NCBI GenBank assembly: GCA_965203295.1
Contig: CBDBCZ010000019.1
Coordinates: forward strand, 1,312,001-1,376,000
Reading direction: 5' to 3'
Source: Nitrospirales bacterium
GTDB lineage: Bacteria; Nitrospirota; Nitrospiria; Nitrospirales; UBA8639
DNA length: 64,000 nt
Part shown: positions 53,149 to 64,000 of the stretch, one piece after another
Layout of the letters: each line of letters opens with the position of its first letter
Numbering within the stretch: position 1 is the first letter of the stretch
Notes under the pieces: model-generated
Databases searched by the model: none
Seen by the model: only the letters and a program-made list of their open reading frames with translations
Told to the model about the DNA's origin: nothing
Made by a program: the position numbers and the translations under genes

Positions 53149-54147
53149 ATGAACGTTCATCAATTTAATCTCCCCATGGTCAAGTCGTTGTTTCTCCTGA
53201 CCTTGTTTTTTTGTGTGTTCGGACTATCTCCCGGAACCGTCCTTTATGCGGGTCAATTGGAAATTCCCACCTTAAACCAAGAAAGTGGGACACAAGTAAC
53301 GCTCCTAGATACTTTTTTTATAGACGCTCAAGTGGGATGGGCGGTTGGAGCTGGCGGCGTTATTTTACATACGACCGATGGTGGTCAAACTTGGAAGTCC
53401 ATTCCGCGGCGTACCAATGCCCTCCTGACTCATGTCTTCTTTGTTAATCATGCTCATGGGTGGATTGTTGGACAAAATGGGACGATTTTGCATTCTTCTG
53501 ATGTAGGCAAAAAGTGGAAGAGACAAATGAGTGGAACAACAGCCACACTGTACGGCGTGTATTTTTTTGATGAACAAAAAGGATGGATCGTCGGATCTCG
53601 TGGAACCATTCTTTCTACCCTTGATGGTGGACAGACTTGGGAAGACCAGTGTAGTAAAACCTCTGCAGATTTATTTGGCATTCGTTTTGTTGACCAAGAA
53701 CAAGGCTGGGTGGCTGGTGCGCTGGGGAATGTGTTGAAAACTCAGGATGGAGGTCACACCTGGGTTCAACAAAAAACCAATAGTTTTGTTACGTTTTTTG
53801 ATGTGTTTCTTACGGATGCGAAAACGGGTTGGGTTGTTGGAACCCAGGGCGCCATGTTTCAGACCATGTCCGGGGGAGAAAAATGGATTGACCGAACTCG
53901 TCCTTGCGGATCTCCTTGTATTCGGCCGCCTGATTTAGTTCGTGTGCGGTTTACGAATCAACGTACCGGCTGGGTGATTGGACAAAGAGGGACCTTGCTG
54001 TATACAACAGACGCAGGCTTTACTTGGACAAAACCTGAACTTCCATCTCCAATTTCTTTGTATGGCTTGAGCTTTCCCAACCATGCAGAAGGTTGGGCAG
54101 TGGGTGATCGAGGGGCTATTCTGAAGTTATCCAGCCCGTTAAAATAA
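53149..54147 (+). CDS. Ycf48/BNR-repeat beta-propeller protein
   Basis: Repeated GW-x-VG-x-x-G-x-IL-x-T-x-DGG-x-TW units; signal peptide. Confidence 0.9.
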   Translation: MNVHQFNLPMVKSLFLLTLFFCVFGLSPGTVLYAGQLEIPTLNQESGTQVTLLDTFFIDAQVGWAVGAGGVILHTTDGGQTWKSIPRRTNALLTHVFFVNHAHGWIVGQNGTILHSSDVGKKWKRQMSGTTATLYGVYFFDEQKGWIVGSRGTILSTLDGGQTWEDQCSKTSADLFGIRFVDQEQGWVAGALGNVLKTQDGGHTWVQQKTNSFVTFFDVFLTDAKTGWVVGTQGAMFQTMSGGEKWIDRTRPCGSPCIRPPDLVRVRFTNQRTGWVIGQRGTLLYTTDAGFTWTKPELPSPISLYGLSFPNHAEGWAVGDRGAILKLSSPLK

Positions 54148-54162
54148 ACCTCAGAATTTTTA

Positions 54163-54900
54163 TCACAAGTTTCCTAAACGGCTTTGCAGAATACTTATTG
54201 AAGCGATCGCAGCTGTTTCCCCACGTAGAATTTGTTCTCCCAACGTAACTGACACAAAGCCATTTCTTGCGGCCGTCTCCATTTCCTCTTCGCTCCACCC
54301 TCCTTCTGGGCCTACAGTCAGGACCACATGATCAATTGGATCCTGAGGCAACGGAAGCACGGATAAACGCTCTCCTCCAACTCGTTCTGAAAGAATGATG
54401 TTCAGTGTTGAAGACTGAGCCTGGTTCAAAAACTCCGAGACAAGACTGGGGAAGGCTACTTGAGTGATTTCCCACTGTTCGGATTGTTGTGCAGCCTCGT
54501 GTGCAATCCGTTGCCAGCGTTCTTGATAATCTGAAAGTTTGGATAACTCTGGGCGAATGATGACTCGGCTCGACAATAAGGGAATGATTGTCGACACTCC
54601 AAGTTCCGTGGCTTTTTGAACAACCCAGTTCATCCGTTCACTTTTCAAAACAGCTTGCGCGATAGACAATTTCGTTCCTTTTGGCGTGTGGCCGACTTCT
54701 TGATGGAAGATTTCCGCTTCCACATGATGTGGAGTGATTTTGGTGATTTTGGCACGGAAGCGTTTTCTCTTGTTGCCTCCAAAGACAATGGTCTCTCCTA
54801 CGCGTACGCGAAGACTTTTTGCTAAATGGGTTCGCAGAGGCTCGGAAACTCTGACAAGATTTCCTTCAATGTCTGTGGGGGTGACAAAAAATATGGGCAT
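54163..54900 (-). CDS. rsmE: 16S rRNA m3U1498 methyltransferase
   Basis: HLAKSLR, KATELGV, EAAQQS, VGPEGGW, LRGETA. Confidence 0.95.
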   Translation of the reverse strand: MPIFFVTPTDIEGNLVRVSEPLRTHLAKSLRVRVGETIVFGGNKRKRFRAKITKITPHHVEAEIFHQEVGHTPKGTKLSIAQAVLKSERMNWVVQKATELGVSTIIPLLSSRVIIRPELSKLSDYQERWQRIAHEAAQQSEQWEITQVAFPSLVSEFLNQAQSSTLNIILSERVGGERLSVLPLPQDPIDHVVLTVGPEGGWSEEEMETAARNGFVSVTLGEQILRGETAAIASISILQSRLGNL

Positions 54901-54946
54901 GGAGAGAAGGGGAGCGAGAAGGAGGAAGAGAAAATAAATGAACGTC

Positions 54947-56071
54947 TCATTCAAACATGTTTTTTACCTTATCGAATATTCCCTCCCCATGACCGTCACT
55001 ATCGAGGCCTGATTCTTTGGCAAAGTCGGTTAAAATTTCCTTTTGTCGAGAATTTAATTTTGTTGGAATTTGAATTTTTACTCGAATAAGTTGGTCACCC
55101 AGTTGTTGATTTTTCAAAGCTGGAGCCCCTTGCCCTTTGAGGCGAAGCATTCGGTCATGTTGGGTTCCCTCCGGGATTTTCACGACAGTGCTACCTTTAA
55201 GAGTTGGTACTTCGACTTTGCCCCCAAGGGTTGCTGTCGCGAAATGCAAGGGAAGATCAACCACAATATCATTTCCCTTTCTGGTGAAGACGGGATGACG
55301 TCTAACCGAAATGGCAACATACAGGTCTCCTGGTGGTCCTCCATTGGGCCCATGTTCGCCCTCATGAGACATTCGTAGGCGCATGCCTGTTTCAATTCCG
55401 GCAGGAATCGTCACCGCAAGAGTCCGCTCCTTGTATAGGCGTTTTTGTCCGCGACACGTTGGACAGGGCTCTGAAATGATTTGACCAGAGCCTTGACATT
55501 GTCCACAGGGGCGGCTAATGGAGAAAAACCCTTGTTGGAGCCGAACTTGACCTGTACCGCGACAACCTGGACAGGTCTTGATCGCGTTGTCAGATTTTGC
55601 CCCGCTTCCATGACATGATGAACAGCCTTCCCATCTGGGAATTTTTAACTTGGCCTCTTTTCCGTAAATTGCCTCTTCAAATGAAAGCTCAAGGTTGTAT
55701 TGAAGATCAGAACCTTGTTCTGTACGGCTACGACCTCGTCCTCCACCAAAAAAGTCTTCGAAGATGTCCCCAAACACATCTCCGAAGCCACGGCTAAAAT
55801 CAAATCCCTCTGCTCCACCAAATCCCTGGGGTCCAGCAGAATGACCGAACATGTCATATTTTTTTCGTAGTTCCGAGTTGCTCAGTACTTCATAGGCTTC
55901 ATTAGCTTCCTTGAATTTTTCTTCAGCTTTTTTCTTCTCTTGCGGGTTTTTTTGCAGGTCGGGATGATGTTGACGGGCGAGCTTCCGAAAAGCCTTTTTA
56001 ATGTCATCATCCGACGCGTTTCGGTCTACGTCGAGGACTTCGTAATAATCACGTTTTGCCACAGGTGCCAT
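54947..56071 (-). CDS. dnaJ: chaperone DnaJ
   Basis: J-domain HPD, G/F region, CxxCxGxG repeats. Confidence 0.98.
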   Translation of the reverse strand: MAPVAKRDYYEVLDVDRNASDDDIKKAFRKLARQHHPDLQKNPQEKKKAEEKFKEANEAYEVLSNSELRKKYDMFGHSAGPQGFGGAEGFDFSRGFGDVFGDIFEDFFGGGRGRSRTEQGSDLQYNLELSFEEAIYGKEAKLKIPRWEGCSSCHGSGAKSDNAIKTCPGCRGTGQVRLQQGFFSISRPCGQCQGSGQIISEPCPTCRGQKRLYKERTLAVTIPAGIETGMRLRMSHEGEHGPNGGPPGDLYVAISVRRHPVFTRKGNDIVVDLPLHFATATLGGKVEVPTLKGSTVVKIPEGTQHDRMLRLKGQGAPALKNQQLGDQLIRVKIQIPTKLNSRQKEILTDFAKESGLDSDGHGEGIFDKVKNMFE

Positions 56072-56155
56072 CTTTCACTCGATTGAAGGGTGTGGGTAGT
56101 CGCGGGTCATTCGATACCTGCGTATTGAAAAAGGTTGAACTCCTTGACTCCTGTA

Positions 56156-58099
56156 TTATTTTTTGTCCTTTTCGACTTCTTCAAATTCAGCATCGACGAC
56201 TTTTTCGTCATGAGCTGATGAGCCTGTTGTTTCATCGCTGGAAGAATCCGAGGAATTGTTTGATGTGGTGGAAGCGCCGGCTGCGGCTTCCGCTGAAGTC
56301 TTTTTGTACATCTCTTCCGCGAGTTTATGAGAGGCGGTGGTGAGGGCTTCCATCGCGAATTTCATCGTCCCAACATCATCTCCCTCCATCGCTTTTTTCA
56401 TATCCTCAACCGCTTGGGTGATTTTGGTCCTTTCCTCCTCGGCAATTTTCTCCCCATGTTCCGTAAGGTTCTTTTCAGTGGTGTAAATTAAATTATCGGC
56501 TTGGTTGCGAACCTCCACAATTTCACGTCGTTTCTTATCTTCTTCGGTATGTGCCTGAGCCTCTTTCACCAAGCGATCGACCTCTTCTTTGCTCAAACCG
56601 CTTGATGCCGTGATTTTGATAGACTGTTCTTTCTGAGTTGCCATGTCCTTGGCTGAAACATGGACAATTCCATTAGCGTCAATATCGAATGCCACCTCAA
56701 TTTGCGGCATTCCTCGGGGAGCGATGGGGATTCCCACCAAATCAAATTGCCCGAGCAACTTGTTATCGTTGGCCATTTCCCGTTCACCTTGGGAGACACG
56801 GATAGTCACGGCAGTTTGATTGTCGGCTGCCGTGGAAAAGATTTGGCTCTTTTTGGTAGGGATCGTCGTGTTCCGATCAATCAGGCGGGTAAAAACCCCG
56901 CCTAGAGTTTCAATGCCCAAGGAGAGAGGAGTCACGTCCAAAAGAAGAACATCCTTCACATCACCTTTTAATACCCCTCCTTGAATGGCCGCTCCGATTG
57001 CGACAACTTCATCTGGATTGACCCCACGGTGGGGCTCTTTCCCGAAGTATTCCTTCACTCGTTGAATGACCTTCGGCATGCGTGTCATTCCCCCGACGAG
57101 GACGACTTCATTGATTTCGCTCGTGGAAACTCCAGCGTCAGCAAGGGCTTTTTTACACGGCTCAATCGATCGATCGATCAGGTCATTGACCAATTGCTCG
57201 AGTTTGGACCGAGTCAGTTTGAGAACCATGTGCTTCGGACCGCTTGCATCAGCGGTAATAAAGGGAAGATTAATTTCTGCTTCTTGGGAAGAAGACAGCT
57301 CAATTTTTGCTCGTTCTGCGGACTTTTTTAGTCGTTGCAAGGCCATACGGTCGTTTCGTAGATCGATCCCCTGGTTTTTCTTGAATTCATCTACCAACCA
57401 ATCAATGATTTTTAGGTCAAAGTCATCACCGCCCAAATAGGTATCCCCGTTGGTTGCTTTGACCTCAAAGACCCCTTCCCCAATTTCAAGAATTGAGATA
57501 TCGAACGTCCCACCGCCCAAATCATAGACGGCAATTCGCTCTTCTTTTTTCTTGTCGAGCCCGTAGGCAAGTGAGGCGGCCGTGGGTTCGTTGATGATCC
57601 TGAGGACATTCAACCCTGCAATTTGACCGGCATCTTTGGTAGCTTGTCGTTGGTTATCATCAAAATAGGCTGGGACTGTAATAACGGCATCTGTCACTTT
57701 TTCCCCAAGATAATCCTCCGCTGTCTGCCTCATTTTTTGGAGAATCATGGCAGAAACCTCAGAGGGGCTATATCGTTTTCCCCTAATTTCAACATTGGCG
57801 TCGCCATGTGACCCTTCCACGATTTTATACGGTAGCCGTTTCGTGGCATCTTTGACCTCAGGGGCATTGATTTTTCTTCCCATCAGTCTCTTGACGGAAA
57901 AGATCGTATTTTCGGGATTGGTAATAGCTTGACGCTTGGCAATTTGTCCGACCAACCGTTCATCTTTGTCATTGATGGCTAGGATTGATGGTGTTGTTCT
58001 GGCCCCTTCCGAATTGGCTATGACCTCGGGGTCACCCCCGCTCATGACAGACACGCAGGAATTCGTCGTTCCCAAATCGATCCCAATAATCTTACTCAT
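56156..58099 (-). CDS. dnaK: chaperone DnaK
   Basis: [37 protein letters not shown]. Confidence 0.99.
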   Translation of the reverse strand: MSKIIGIDLGTTNSCVSVMSGGDPEVIANSEGARTTPSILAINDKDERLVGQIAKRQAITNPENTIFSVKRLMGRKINAPEVKDATKRLPYKIVEGSHGDANVEIRGKRYSPSEVSAMILQKMRQTAEDYLGEKVTDAVITVPAYFDDNQRQATKDAGQIAGLNVLRIINEPTAASLAYGLDKKKEERIAVYDLGGGTFDISILEIGEGVFEVKATNGDTYLGGDDFDLKIIDWLVDEFKKNQGIDLRNDRMALQRLKKSAERAKIELSSSQEAEINLPFITADASGPKHMVLKLTRSKLEQLVNDLIDRSIEPCKKALADAGVSTSEINEVVLVGGMTRMPKVIQRVKEYFGKEPHRGVNPDEVVAIGAAIQGGVLKGDVKDVLLLDVTPLSLGIETLGGVFTRLIDRNTTIPTKKSQIFSTAADNQTAVTIRVSQGEREMANDNKLLGQFDLVGIPIAPRGMPQIEVAFDIDANGIVHVSAKDMATQKEQSIKITASSGLSKEEVDRLVKEAQAHTEEDKKRREIVEVRNQADNLIYTTEKNLTEHGEKIAEEERTKITQAVEDMKKAMEGDDVGTMKFAMEALTTASHKLAEEMYKKTSAEAAAGASTTSNNSSDSSSDETTGSSAHDEKVVDAEFEEVEKDKK

Positions 58100-58758
58100 G
58101 TGTTTTCCCCTCCCTCCTCAGAGGCATTATCTTCCTTGGATGTTGGTCCTTGTTCTGGTTTTGCCATAGCAACGGTCACCATAGCTGGTCGCAAAATCCG
58201 ATTGTGGAGGAAATACCCTTTTTGATATTCCTCCACAACAGAATTGGGCGGCACAGTCGTGGATTCGACTTGAGCCACAGCTTGATGTTTGGTTGGATCA
58301 AATTGCTCGCCGACACTTGATATTTGGCTGACGCCCAATTTCGCTAATGTGTCAAGAAATTGTTTGAGCGTTAGTTTCACACCTTGTAACAAACTATCCA
58401 AGGATGGTTGCTCATGACCACAATGGAGAGCTCGTTCCAAGGTATCAATGGTAGGCAATAAGTCTTTTAAAAGTCTTTCATTGGCGTAGTTTGCGGTGTC
58501 TTTCTGATCGCGATTCGCACGCCGCTTATAGTTTTCGAATTCTGCCGCCAAGCGGAGGTATTTATCATTTAAAGAATGAAGTTCTTCCTTATTGGATGTG
58601 AGTTCATCTTGTATGGGTTTGACTTCCTTATTTACCTGAATTTTCTCTGATGTTTCTTCAGAGGGCAGACTATCATTTTGTTGAGCGGCCTCTGTATTCT
58701 GCCCTTGAGATTCGGTCGATGGCGTGCTATCGATTTCAGTTTGGTCTTGAGTTCCCAT
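58096..58758 (-). CDS. grpE: nucleotide exchange factor GrpE
   Basis: [20 protein letters not shown]...RILRPAMV. Confidence 0.97.
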   Translation of the reverse strand: MGTQDQTEIDSTPSTESQGQNTEAAQQNDSLPSEETSEKIQVNKEVKPIQDELTSNKEELHSLNDKYLRLAAEFENYKRRANRDQKDTANYANERLLKDLLPTIDTLERALHCGHEQPSLDSLLQGVKLTLKQFLDTLAKLGVSQISSVGEQFDPTKHQAVAQVESTTVPPNSVVEEYQKGYFLHNRILRPAMVTVAMAKPEQGPTSKEDNASEEGGENT

Positions 58759-58883
58759 AACTCTCCCCAGGAATTTTCCTCAGATAATCCTTCAGATAGT
58801 CATGGAGTTGGTGAAGTCAACCCAAGGGACAAAAAATGCTGAAAAATTGGACTTTTTTATTCGCCTGTGGATAAGTGGAAAGA

Positions 58884-59663
58884 TTACGAGCCTTTGCGAA
58901 CTCGCTGATAAAGAAAATCAAGTCCTTCCAAGGTCAGAAAGGGTCTGACTTCTTGAATTGTACGAGAAATTGGGGCAATGACCGAGGCAAAGCCTCCTGT
59001 GGCTATCACGGTAGGATTACTGGCTATTTCCTGTTTGACTCGTGACACAATTTCATCAACGAGTCCCGTAAATCCGAAAATCACTCCAGATTGTATGCTA
59101 CTGACGGTATCTTTCCCGATGACGGATTCGGGACATGTCAGATCGACAGTAGGAAGTTTGGCTGTATTTTCATGAAGCGAATCAGCGGCGTTTTTTAAAC
59201 CAGGGGCGATTGCCCCTCCAAGATATTCCCCCCTTTCTGTGATTGTACAAAACGTCGTCGCGGTTCCGAAATCGACAATGGTCAGGTTCGTCTTATACCG
59301 ATGAAACCCTGCAGCCGCATTGACTAACCGATCAGTTCCTATTTCTTGAGGGTGAGGGTATTGCAATATCAATCCTAAAGGGAAATCGGCTGTGACAATA
59401 AGAGGTGTATGATCAAAAAAAGCTTCTATCATGGCATAGAGTGTCGGAGTAATGGGGGGCACCACGCTGGAGATGATGCTCCCTGTAATACGCTCTGGGG
59501 CTAGTGGTAGACTGCGGAGCAGCGACAGGAAAAGAATTCCATACTCATCAGCGGTCTTGATCGGGTCAGAGGCCAAACGCCAAGACCCAAGTAGTTGGTG
59601 GTCTTCAAATACCCCCCAAACAATCTGGGAGTTTCCTATATCAATGGCAATATGCAAGGGCAT
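58884..59663 (-). CDS. coaX: type III pantothenate kinase
   Basis: IDIGNS, SSVVP, GTDR, VDFGTATT, GGAIAPG, ATGG. Confidence 0.96.
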   Translation of the reverse strand: MPLHIAIDIGNSQIVWGVFEDHQLLGSWRLASDPIKTADEYGILFLSLLRSLPLAPERITGSIISSVVPPITPTLYAMIEAFFDHTPLIVTADFPLGLILQYPHPQEIGTDRLVNAAAGFHRYKTNLTIVDFGTATTFCTITERGEYLGGAIAPGLKNAADSLHENTAKLPTVDLTCPESVIGKDTVSSIQSGVIFGFTGLVDEIVSRVKQEIASNPTVIATGGFASVIAPISRTIQEVRPFLTLEGLDFLYQRVRKGS

Positions 59664-59739
59664 CCTTATCTGTGGAAAAATATCGTAAGGGAAAAGAGCC
59701 GATCATCATTGAGAGCAAGGGTGGGTTAAGAGATGTTAG

Positions 59740-60588
59740 TCAACGGACATGGATTATATCGCCGGACCGAATCTTGATGATCCCATTTTCCAGTGAAGGA
59801 AAACAGATTTCAGTGAGAGTCGGTCTTATGTGAAGTGCACCATCGAGACCAATATCTTCCGCCAAACCCTCAAGGCATGCTCCAGAAGCTAAATCCACAC
59901 GAATCTTCTGGCCGATCGTAGAGCAGAGGGAAAGGTAGCAGTCTCGAATCGTCTCGAAGTATCGTTTTTCAAGAAGGGTGAGGTTTCCTGCCAAGATGGC
60001 AAGGATTGAGGATATGAGTCGATTTCGGTCTTGGATCTTGCCGGTTTCAATAGAAAGAGATGTGGCGACATCTTGCAGCTCTGGCGGAAAGTCTTCTTTT
60101 CTCATATTGACGTTAATACCGAATCCGCTCACGACACAATACCGATTGCGACTATCGGTGATGCCTTCGCATAAAACCCCGCCCAATTTATGTGATTGGA
60201 TCACAATGTCATTTGGCCATTTCAAGCTGAGTCGAATGCCTAATTCTTTGTGCAACGATTCGATAATTGACATTCCTGTCAATAAGGGAAGCCAAGATAA
60301 TTGACTTGAAGAAGAAGGGATTTCAAGAATGACTGAACAATAGAGATTGTGGTTGGGTGGTGAAAACCATTGACGGTCGAGTCGGCCACGTCCACTTGTT
60401 TGTCTTTCGGCAAGGACGACTGTTCCATGGGAGGCACCGTTTCTAAACAGGGTGGTTGCCGTCATATTGGTAGATTCCACTTCCTTCTCGATGGAGAGGA
60501 CTTGCCCAATTCTGTCAGTTCTTAAAAGGGATTGAATGATTGGGGCCGATAATGATGAGGGCGCCTGAAAATGGTTCATGGATTCCAA
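59740..60588 (-). CDS. birA: biotin-[acetyl-CoA-carboxylase] ligase (no HTH)
   Basis: STN, QTSGRGR, KWPND, KLGGVL. Confidence 0.95.
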   Translation of the reverse strand: MESMNHFQAPSSLSAPIIQSLLRTDRIGQVLSIEKEVESTNMTATTLFRNGASHGTVVLAERQTSGRGRLDRQWFSPPNHNLYCSVILEIPSSSSQLSWLPLLTGMSIIESLHKELGIRLSLKWPNDIVIQSHKLGGVLCEGITDSRNRYCVVSGFGINVNMRKEDFPPELQDVATSLSIETGKIQDRNRLISSILAILAGNLTLLEKRYFETIRDCYLSLCSTIGQKIRVDLASGACLEGLAEDIGLDGALHIRPTLTEICFPSLENGIIKIRSGDIIHVR

Positions 60589-60611
60589 GAGCGCTAAGGA
60601 TTGTAATTTTC

Positions 60612-61481
60612 TTAATGGGATGACTTCACAAATCCTAGGTGAATATCCACGGCCGGGGCTGAATGAGTCAGAGCCCCGATGGAAATAAAATCTGCTCCGG
60701 CGGCTGCAAATTCTCTCACATTTTCCAACGACACTCCTCCAGAGACTTCTACCTGAGCTCGGCCTTTCAGGAGTTCTACCGCGTCTCGTACCTGATGGGG
60801 GGACATGTTGTCCAGTAAAATGATGTCTGCCGCTCCCTCTAATGCCTCGTGCACTTGTTTCAGAGTTTCGACTTCAACGGTAATTCTGAAACCGTGAGGT
60901 CCTTGCGTTCTGGCTTGACGACAAGCTTGGGAAATTGAAATGTTTTGGGTCTCAAGAAGAGACAAGTGGTTGTCTTTTATCAATACGCCATCGCTGAGAG
61001 AGAAGCGATGGTTATGTCCGCCTCCAATTTGAACAGCCCATTTTTGAAGAAGTCGTAACCCGGGAGTCGTTTTTCTGGTGTCAAGGATCTTAGCGGGATA
61101 ACCGCGAATAGCTTGGCAGAATTTGCTCGTCAAATTTGCGATACCAGAGAGATGTTGCAGGAAATTTAAGGCGACCCTCTCTCCTATCAGGATAGAACGT
61201 GCTGTTCCTTGGATGGTCAACAATGTTTGATGAGCAGAAACAACCTGGCCATCTAAGCAATGCCCGGTGACCTGAAGATCTGAATCAATTTCCCGAAATA
61301 CCTCTTGAGCGACGACAACTCCAGCAACGGTCAATCCCTGGCAGGCTCTTATGTGGGCTTCCGCCTGAACCTCTGAAGAGATGAGCGTGTTCGTGGTCAC
61401 ATCACTGTGAGCAAGGTCCTCTTTGATGGCCAGATGAATCACTTGCCGAGCATGCTGAAGGGGAAAGGGAGTTGATTGCAT
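60612..61481 (-). CDS. nadC: nicotinate-nucleotide diphosphorylase
   Basis: ERVALN, DTRKTTPG, HR-LSD-VLIKDNH, ILLDN, EVSGG. Confidence 0.97.
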   Translation of the reverse strand: MQSTPFPLQHARQVIHLAIKEDLAHSDVTTNTLISSEVQAEAHIRACQGLTVAGVVVAQEVFREIDSDLQVTGHCLDGQVVSAHQTLLTIQGTARSILIGERVALNFLQHLSGIANLTSKFCQAIRGYPAKILDTRKTTPGLRLLQKWAVQIGGGHNHRFSLSDGVLIKDNHLSLLETQNISISQACRQARTQGPHGFRITVEVETLKQVHEALEGAADIILLDNMSPHQVRDAVELLKGRAQVEVSGGVSLENVREFAAAGADFISIGALTHSAPAVDIHLGFVKSSH

Positions 61482-64000
61482 TATGAGTGTGATGTGCTCA
61501 TGCCTTGCAGCTGATGTTCACTGCTGGCGAGGAGCTCCAACTCTTGTAAGAGTGACCGGAGTCGCGCTGTTGATTTTTGGATGACCTCAGGGGCGGCTTT
61601 GTTGGCAAAGTCGGGTGAAGCAAGTCGGGCTTTCAACCTGGAGGCTTCTTTGTTTTTGGCTTGTATTTGTTTTCGGATACGATCTATTGATTTTTTGAGA
61701 TCGATCTCTCCTTCTATCTCAATGCCGACGGTTATTCTTCCGTTAACCAGTCTAAGAATATTGGGACTTGTCCAATCATCTTGGTCGGTGAGGGAGACAT
61801 GTCCCTTCGTTAATTGTTCAAGATGAGGCTGCAGTTTTCGAAGCGTGTTACCGTGTTTGGCAATTTTGGTTGTGCCATAGAGCGTGAGCGATTTTGAAGG
61901 GGAATATTCAACAAGGGCTCTTGCAGTGCGGGTGGTGGTGACAAACTGTTTCATTAACTCAAACTCTTCTTCAACCTCTGGGGTAATCAGTGACAGATCA
62001 GCCTTTGGATAAGGTTGAATGACGAGACTGGGGCCTTGATGAGGCAGGGTTTGCCAAATTTCTTCTGTGATAAAAGGCATGAAGGGGTGGAGAATTCGTT
62101 GAAGGATTTCGAAGGTTTCCAGAAGAGTATGTCGAGTGGATGAAGCGTGAGGTGAATCCTCAGATTGTAAAACAGTTTTAACTAACTCGAGATACCAATC
62201 GCAGTATTCATGCCAGAGGAAGTGATACATAGCATTCGCGGCTTGGTCAAAACGATACTCTTCTAAAGAGTCGTTGGCTGATTCAATCACTCGGTTCAGA
62301 CGGCTGAGAATCCATTGATCAGTAAATGAGCGAGACCGTATGGGACATTCCTCTTTGGGGCCATCTGCGTTCAATAAAATGAATCGTGCGGCGTTCCAAA
62401 TTTTATTCGTGAAATTTCGATAGCCTTCAATTCGTTCTTCTGCCAATTTGATATCCCGTCCTGGCGAAGCCATTGAAGCGAGAGTAAACCTCAGCGCATC
62501 GGTGCCGAATTGGGACATTTTGGTTAATGGGTCAATGACATTGCCTTTGGACTTGCTCATTTTCTGCCCTTCAGCATCCCTGACTAGAGCATGAATGTAG
62601 ACATCCTTGAAGGGAGGCTGACCTGTAAACTTCAACCCCATCATGATCATTCGAGCAACCCAAAAAAACAGAATGTCTAGGCCAGTTACAAGAGTCGATG
62701 TGGGATAAAAGGTCTTTAAGTCAGCTGTGTTGTCTGGCCAGCCAAGTGTCGAGAACGGCCAGAGGGCTGAAGAAAACCAGGTATCTAACACATCAGGATC
62801 TTGGAGAAAGCCTGTGCCTCTGCATGTGGGACACGTTTCAGGTTTTGAAGCAGAGACGATGGGAATGGCATGAGAGGTGATGAAACAATTGGAGAATTGA
62901 GTATCTGTTAAGGTCCCATCTTGCGATGTGGTCAAAGCCCCTTGCTTTGATTTGATAAGACTGTCCTTGTTGCAGACTTTGCAATACCAAGCTGGAATAC
63001 GGTGTCCCCACCAAATTTGCCGCGAAACGCACCAATCTTTGATTTGGCGCATCCATCCCATATAGTTGTTGGTCCACCCTTCCGGAATAATTCGAATACG
63101 TCCGGATTCCACCGCTTCGATAGCTGGTTCAGCTAACGGTTGGATTTTTACAAACCATTGCGGTGAAAGATAAGGTTCCACCACGGTCTTACAACGATAG
63201 CATTTGCCTAGCGCCATTTTGTGCTCTTCAACCTCTAGCAAGAGACCTTGCTTCTCAAGAGCTTCGCTCACGAGCGGACGTGCGGTCTGAACGGATTTGT
63301 TTGTGATCGCATCACGTAAGGTCTTTTCTGCTTTGGCATCATCGAGAAGAGAGGAATCCAGCTGGCCGTATTGGTCCAAGATGGGAATTCGTGGTAGCCC
63401 ATGTCGGTTTCCTGCCTCGAAATCATTGAAATCGTGAGCTGGAGTGATTTTGACGGCACCAGTCCCGAATTCACGGTCAACGAGAATAGAGTCACCGACA
63501 ATAGGAATAACTCTTGAGGTCAGCGGCAGACGAACTTGATGACCGATGAGTTGGTTATATCGCGGATCTTCAGGATGCACAGCCACCCCTGTGTCACCAA
63601 GCATGGTTTCAAGACGAGTTGTGGCGACAATCAAAAATCGATTCGGATCGTCGGCCATTGGATAACGAATATGATAGAGTTTCCCATTGATCGATTCGTG
63701 TTCGACTTCGATATCTGATAAAGCTGTGAGGCATCGAGGGCACCAATTGATCAGTCGTTCTCCACGATAGATGAGTTCATCTTTGTACAGACGGAGAAAG
63801 ACTTCAGTCACGGCCTTCGATAAACCCTCGTCCATCGTGAAACGAAGTCGTTCCCAATCACAGGAGGCGCCGAGTTTTTTGAGCTGATCAATGATGGTGT
63901 TTCCTGACTGTTGTTTCCAACACCAAACGTGCTCGATGAACTTCTCTCTCCCGAGTTCTTCCTTGGATTTTCCCTCCGCTGCGAGATTTCGCTCGACGAC
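61481..64000 (-). CDS. valS: valine-tRNA ligase (N-terminus outside window)
   Basis: WCPRC-TALSD, WCVSRQIWWGH, DVLDTWFSS, KMSKS; frame open to the window end. Confidence 0.98.
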   Translation of the reverse strand, partial: VVERNLAAEGKSKEELGREKFIEHVWCWKQQSGNTIIDQLKKLGASCDWERLRFTMDEGLSKAVTEVFLRLYKDELIYRGERLINWCPRCLTALSDIEVEHESINGKLYHIRYPMADDPNRFLIVATTRLETMLGDTGVAVHPEDPRYNQLIGHQVRLPLTSRVIPIVGDSILVDREFGTGAVKITPAHDFNDFEAGNRHGLPRIPILDQYGQLDSSLLDDAKAEKTLRDAITNKSVQTARPLVSEALEKQGLLLEVEEHKMALGKCYRCKTVVEPYLSPQWFVKIQPLAEPAIEAVESGRIRIIPEGWTNNYMGWMRQIKDWCVSRQIWWGHRIPAWYCKVCNKDSLIKSKQGALTTSQDGTLTDTQFSNCFITSHAIPIVSASKPETCPTCRGTGFLQDPDVLDTWFSSALWPFSTLGWPDNTADLKTFYPTSTLVTGLDILFFWVARMIMMGLKFTGQPPFKDVYIHALVRDAEGQKMSKSKGNVIDPLTKMSQFGTDALRFTLASMASPGRDIKLAEERIEGYRNFTNKIWNAARFILLNADGPKEECPIRSRSFTDQWILSRLNRVIESANDSLEEYRFDQAANAMYHFLWHEYCDWYLELVKTVLQSEDSPHASSTRHTLLETFEILQRILHPFMPFITEEIWQTLPHQGPSLVIQPYPKADLSLITPEVEEEFELMKQFVTTTRTARALVEYSPSKSLTLYGTTKIAKHGNTLRKLQPHLEQLTKGHVSLTDQDDWTSPNILRLVNGRITVGIEIEGEIDLKKSIDRIRKQIQAKNKEASRLKARLASPDFANKAAPEVIQKSTARLRSLLQELELLASSEHQLQGMSTSHS

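Noticed and set aside
53149..54147. Ycf48-like protein as evidence of photosynthesis
   Set aside because: The propeller family is widespread in non-phototrophs, and no photosystem genes are present.
58759..58883. CIRCE/HrcA operator upstream of grpE-dnaK-dnaJ
   Set aside because: No TTAGCACTC-N9-GAGTGCTAA match and no hrcA in the window.
1..64000. CRISPR array, prophage, retron/RT, rRNA
   Set aside because: No regularly spaced direct repeats or marker genes found on reading; very short or degenerate arrays could be missed by eye.

Overview
A 64-kb, mostly housekeeping chromosomal segment. Gene content and several conserved-looking hypotheticals suggest a Nitrospirota (Nitrospirales-like) bacterium; this is inferred from memory, not searched. 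Intact core genes: thiD, glyQ-glyS-ppdK-ribD, a two-riboswitch cobalamin uptake/salvage region (cobQ, btuFCD, btuB, PduO-type adenosyltransferase), alr-frr-pyrH-tsf-rpsB, cinA-thpR-recA-alaS-mltG, and valS-nadC-birA-coaX-grpE-dnaK-dnaJ-rsmE. There is one tRNA(CAT) and no CRISPR array, prophage or rRNA. The strongest window-wide signal is selective decay. About ten accessory genes carry frameshifts or nonsense codons while every long core gene stays open, and many lesions, including missense changes in near-invariant motifs of core genes, are C>T/G>A transitions. Other points of interest: a tRNA-adjacent islet with a tightly coupled DUF5674-like plus helical-protein pair and a Y1-transposase remnant; two non-coding structured/MITE-like elements; a secreted IPT/TIG-repeat protein with three vicinal Cys-Cys motifs next to a Ycf48-like propeller; a ProA paralogue lacking the catalytic Cys; and an intrinsic terminator inside the first codons of riboswitch-controlled btuF.
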